Shown here in pieces: positions 61,368-64,000 of a DNA stretch of 64,000 nt. The notes under the pieces are model-generated. The model was not told the origin of the DNA. It worked only from the letters and a program-made list of their open reading frames with translations, and did no database searches. Source of the DNA: Basidiobolus meristosporus CBS 931.73 (Eukaryota > Fungi > Basidiobolomycota); assembly GCA_002104905.1 (NCBI GenBank), contig MCFE01000427.1, positions 1 to 64,000 on the forward strand. Direction: 5' to 3'. How positions within the stretch are numbered: the stretch's first letter is position 1; each line of letters starts with the position of its first letter. A program made the position numbers and the translations under genes.

Positions 61368-62784
61368 CCCCCTGAATGCAACATTGTAAATGTTCATCAT
61401 GAGATTCAGACAATATGATGCGGATCTGATCCACCTGTATGATCAAGTTTATCCTAATGGGTATGATGGCCTAGTTAGGGTGCATGGTGAAATATTTAAA
61501 GTTGCATTAGAAGCTATATAGTGAGCCTGCAGGTTAACATGAATGATTAAGTAAATCAAAAGCCATGAAAAGCATTGATGGTTTTGAATACGTTAGTAAG
61601 GTCAATTAGTTTGCTGTTGAAAGACAACATGAACATGAAGCATAGGCGGATAATCCCGTCTCAGCTATGAGTTCATGGTTGCAACTAATATATAACAATC
61701 CAATGCCAAAAAGATGTGGATTTCTAGCATAAATGTGAAGACCCTGCTACACACCAATTCTCATAGTAATCTTCTCATCAATGACATTCATCTAATCGGC
61801 CCATATCTAAGCACCCGGATGTTATGCTATGTATAGGCAAATGAGTAGTTCAACTTGTCAACCATTTCCAGCAACGATTTGCATCCAGTCGCAAATTAGA
61901 ATCCGGAAATTATGAAACGGACATTTGTGAATCTGGATTAGAGCCAGCTTCCAATCAACCGAAGGCTCACTACGAGAGTTGGTCACCCGCCACTTTTCTC
62001 ATAGCCTCTGATCCATCGGTCATTATGCTTTCTTCGCTCATGCCTGGAAGTGGAGTGTCCGTCCTATTCCACCACGTCACCGTATTGATGTTTGATCTGC
62101 AGTCAATGCTGTTCACTGCATTGGAAATTCCGTAATCTCAATTGGTTGGTGCACGTCTAATCCGGATACCCACGGTCAAGCAATTGGATATCGGGGTTAG
62201 GATTGCCAATAGTGCGGCACCGATATTGAAAAGTCCATGGTACACTCGTGAACGAGCAACAACCTCCTTGGCCTGCACGGCTCGTATGAAAATATCTGTA
62301 GCCAATTGACTTGCACTTCAAATCACGGCCTAAAGCAAGGAAGTATTGCCAGCTAGCGACCACGAGGTCAGTAGATCTTGGTGGTCTGAATCACAATCTG
62401 TGAATTTGCTCTCTGGTCTTCATTTGCCTCGTGGCCTTCTCGGTGAACAGGGTTTTTGGTAAAGCACATGATTTCTTGGGATAGTAGAATTACAGGCATC
62501 GCTTATCTAGACCGTTCTTACCATTGGAAGGGGTGCATGAGAGGGTTATTCATCCCTCTAATGACCGCATTCAAGACAGATGCAACACATCGCATACACA
62601 AATGAGATTTAACTAACCAGCTACATACATATCTATCCAAGAAACCCCGACCGCACTAGGATGGGCACAGTCGCCATCCTGATTGTGCTTATGATGCCGG
62701 CCAGCAGACTTGCCCTTCTCGTACTCTAACAGCACCTGCTTATCAATAGATACATGGAACTTGGGCTATGCAATCCCCTATGAC

Positions 62785-63432
62785 ATGACTCTCTCTGACC
62801 TGCCCAACCTCCACAGCTCAAGCGACTACTATGCTCAGGCATTCAGCCTTTTCCGCCACTATTCCGACCAGAAGCAGAACGCCAAGCGATGGTACCTGAA
62901 CAACCTCACGCCGTTGGCTCAAAAGTACTCTAGGCTTTCTGTCCTCTCCATCGGCTGCGGGAATGGCGACGTGGATGGCTATCTGATTCGCGAGATATTC
63001 TTGACCAACTGTGCCCACACTGTTTACCATGGGGTTGAGCCAAGTAGAGCCCACCGATACGAATTTCTCGACAAGATGCGCTCGGCTAGCAGCAGCGTGA
63101 CCGTCGGTTATGGGGAGAACACACCCTGCGGTATCAAAGTCGACTCGTGCGTGTCCGAGAGCATTGATATGCTACTGTTTGACACCGACTTTGAGACGTT
63201 CGTTTCCTCTCAAGTGGCAGGCCCCACCAGATACGACATTATCATTGCTGGTCATTCTTTGTACTACTTGAAGCTCCTGGCCCCGGCGCTGGACTCCATT
63301 TTCTACCGGCTTCTTGCACCGCGCGGCTGTCTCACCATTGTTCACGCCACTTCGGCTGATTTAAAGTGCGAGAGGCCTGTTTGCGGTTTTCTTAGTATTA
63401 TTCAACCAAGATTATCGGTATCCTATGTTTAG
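62785..63432 (+). CDS. Class I SAM-dependent methyltransferase, histamine N-methyltransferase-like; C-terminus probably truncated
   Basis: LSVLSIGCGNGDVD (motif I), YHGVEPS (motif II), YDIIIAGHSLYY, LLAPRGCL. Homology to the 45.6-kb paralog stops at ~63370, before that paralog's C-terminal part. Confidence 0.75.
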   Translation: MTLSDLPNLHSSSDYYAQAFSLFRHYSDQKQNAKRWYLNNLTPLAQKYSRLSVLSIGCGNGDVDGYLIREIFLTNCAHTVYHGVEPSRAHRYEFLDKMRSASSSVTVGYGENTPCGIKVDSCVSESIDMLLFDTDFETFVSSQVAGPTRYDIIIAGHSLYYLKLLAPALDSIFYRLLAPRGCLTIVHATSADLKCERPVCGFLSIIQPRLSVSYV

Positions 63433-63769
63433 GTTCATGTGTGGATATTGGGCGCTTTATGCAATGCGTTGGCTGTTTGAGCGGACGCTCAGAGTCAAAC
63501 AGAAATAACATGAGGTAGGCTGTAGCTGATCGCCGGTGCCTTGGGCCCTGAATCAGGTTCCAGACAAATGACCAAATTATTCAGAACCAGCTTGGACTCC
63601 GGGCATCTCGTCATTGCTCACCTTCGTGAATCATTTGCTACGATAGGTCTTAAACGGAGGCCAGTATGTTTGTTGCTAATGGAGGCACAGTCACTGTGAT
63701 GCAGAAATGCTAAAATCGGCAGAGCGCATGTTTTTTGCTTTTTACCCTTCAGTGGCTCTCTGGCCCTGT

Positions 63770-64000
63770 GATTTTGAGCGTGTGCGTACCCAGGTGTCCC
63801 GGACTGTGCGGGCGAGGGGTTAGAGCGTAGGGCTCAACCTATATTATCTGCTGATCTCTGGTGGGGTCTTTTTACGGCGATACAGCGTCAGGTACCTCTG
63901 CTTCTCAAAGTAAATTCCTCAATGCACATATGGGTTCGAAATTACAGACTTCGTACCTAACTGGAAAATCTCACTGGGTAGCATCTATGCCAACAGGTAT
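63770..64000 (+). pseudogene. Decayed 3' fragment of an MpaB-type oxygenase, paralog of 46535-47599
   Basis: Nucleotide similarity to 47330-47540 (GTCAGGTACCTCTGCTTC, AACTGGAAAATCTC, ATCTATGC) with frameshifts and stops; 5' part deleted. Runs off the window. Confidence 0.8.

Noticed and set aside
61900-62460. CpG-containing stretch that looks coding on the minus strand (…VYHGLFNIGAALLAILTPIS…)
   Set aside because: Frames are short and interrupted, with no consistent exon model or family; possibly a gene relic but unsupported.

Overview
Eukaryotic, almost certainly fungal, genomic DNA: GT-AG introns with CTAAC/CTGAC branch points, Ty1/copia LTR retrotransposons, TIM13, Pol III tRNA genes. An early-diverging fungus such as a Zoopagomycota/Basidiobolus-like lineage is plausible but cannot be shown from sequence alone. 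The window alternates between AT-rich, CpG-depleted transposon graveyards (~1-23.9, ~32-35.1, ~48.7-55.7, ~57.7-61.4 kb) and CpG-containing gene islands. Transposons: a nested stack of copia elements, a solo LTR of another family, two PHIS/Harbinger-like DNA transposons (one with 15-bp TIRs and an ATT target duplication), several solo LTRs with intact TSDs, and one near-intact copia (49734-54402) with a single frameshift and two different LTR subtypes. Genes: a triplicated secreted Asp/Cys/Tyr-rich peptide gene, possibly an Asp/Arg protein recoded by CpG deamination; a 4-exon unknown; TIM13; a secreted Ig-like protein; a KEX2-processed precursor with 12 HG(N/K)EKH cores; DUF4112; a stand-alone bacterial-type trpB with 4 introns; an intronless phage-type GH24 lysozyme among two arrays of small secreted Cys-rich proteins; two tRNA-Arg genes; a duplicated methyltransferase + MpaB-type oxygenase module; and an intronless agmatine deiminase. 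The strongest leads for new biology are the HGNEKH peptide precursor, the Asp/Cys/Tyr peptide array and the lysozyme/Cys-rich putative defence island. All family assignments come from motif recognition by eye, not database searches.
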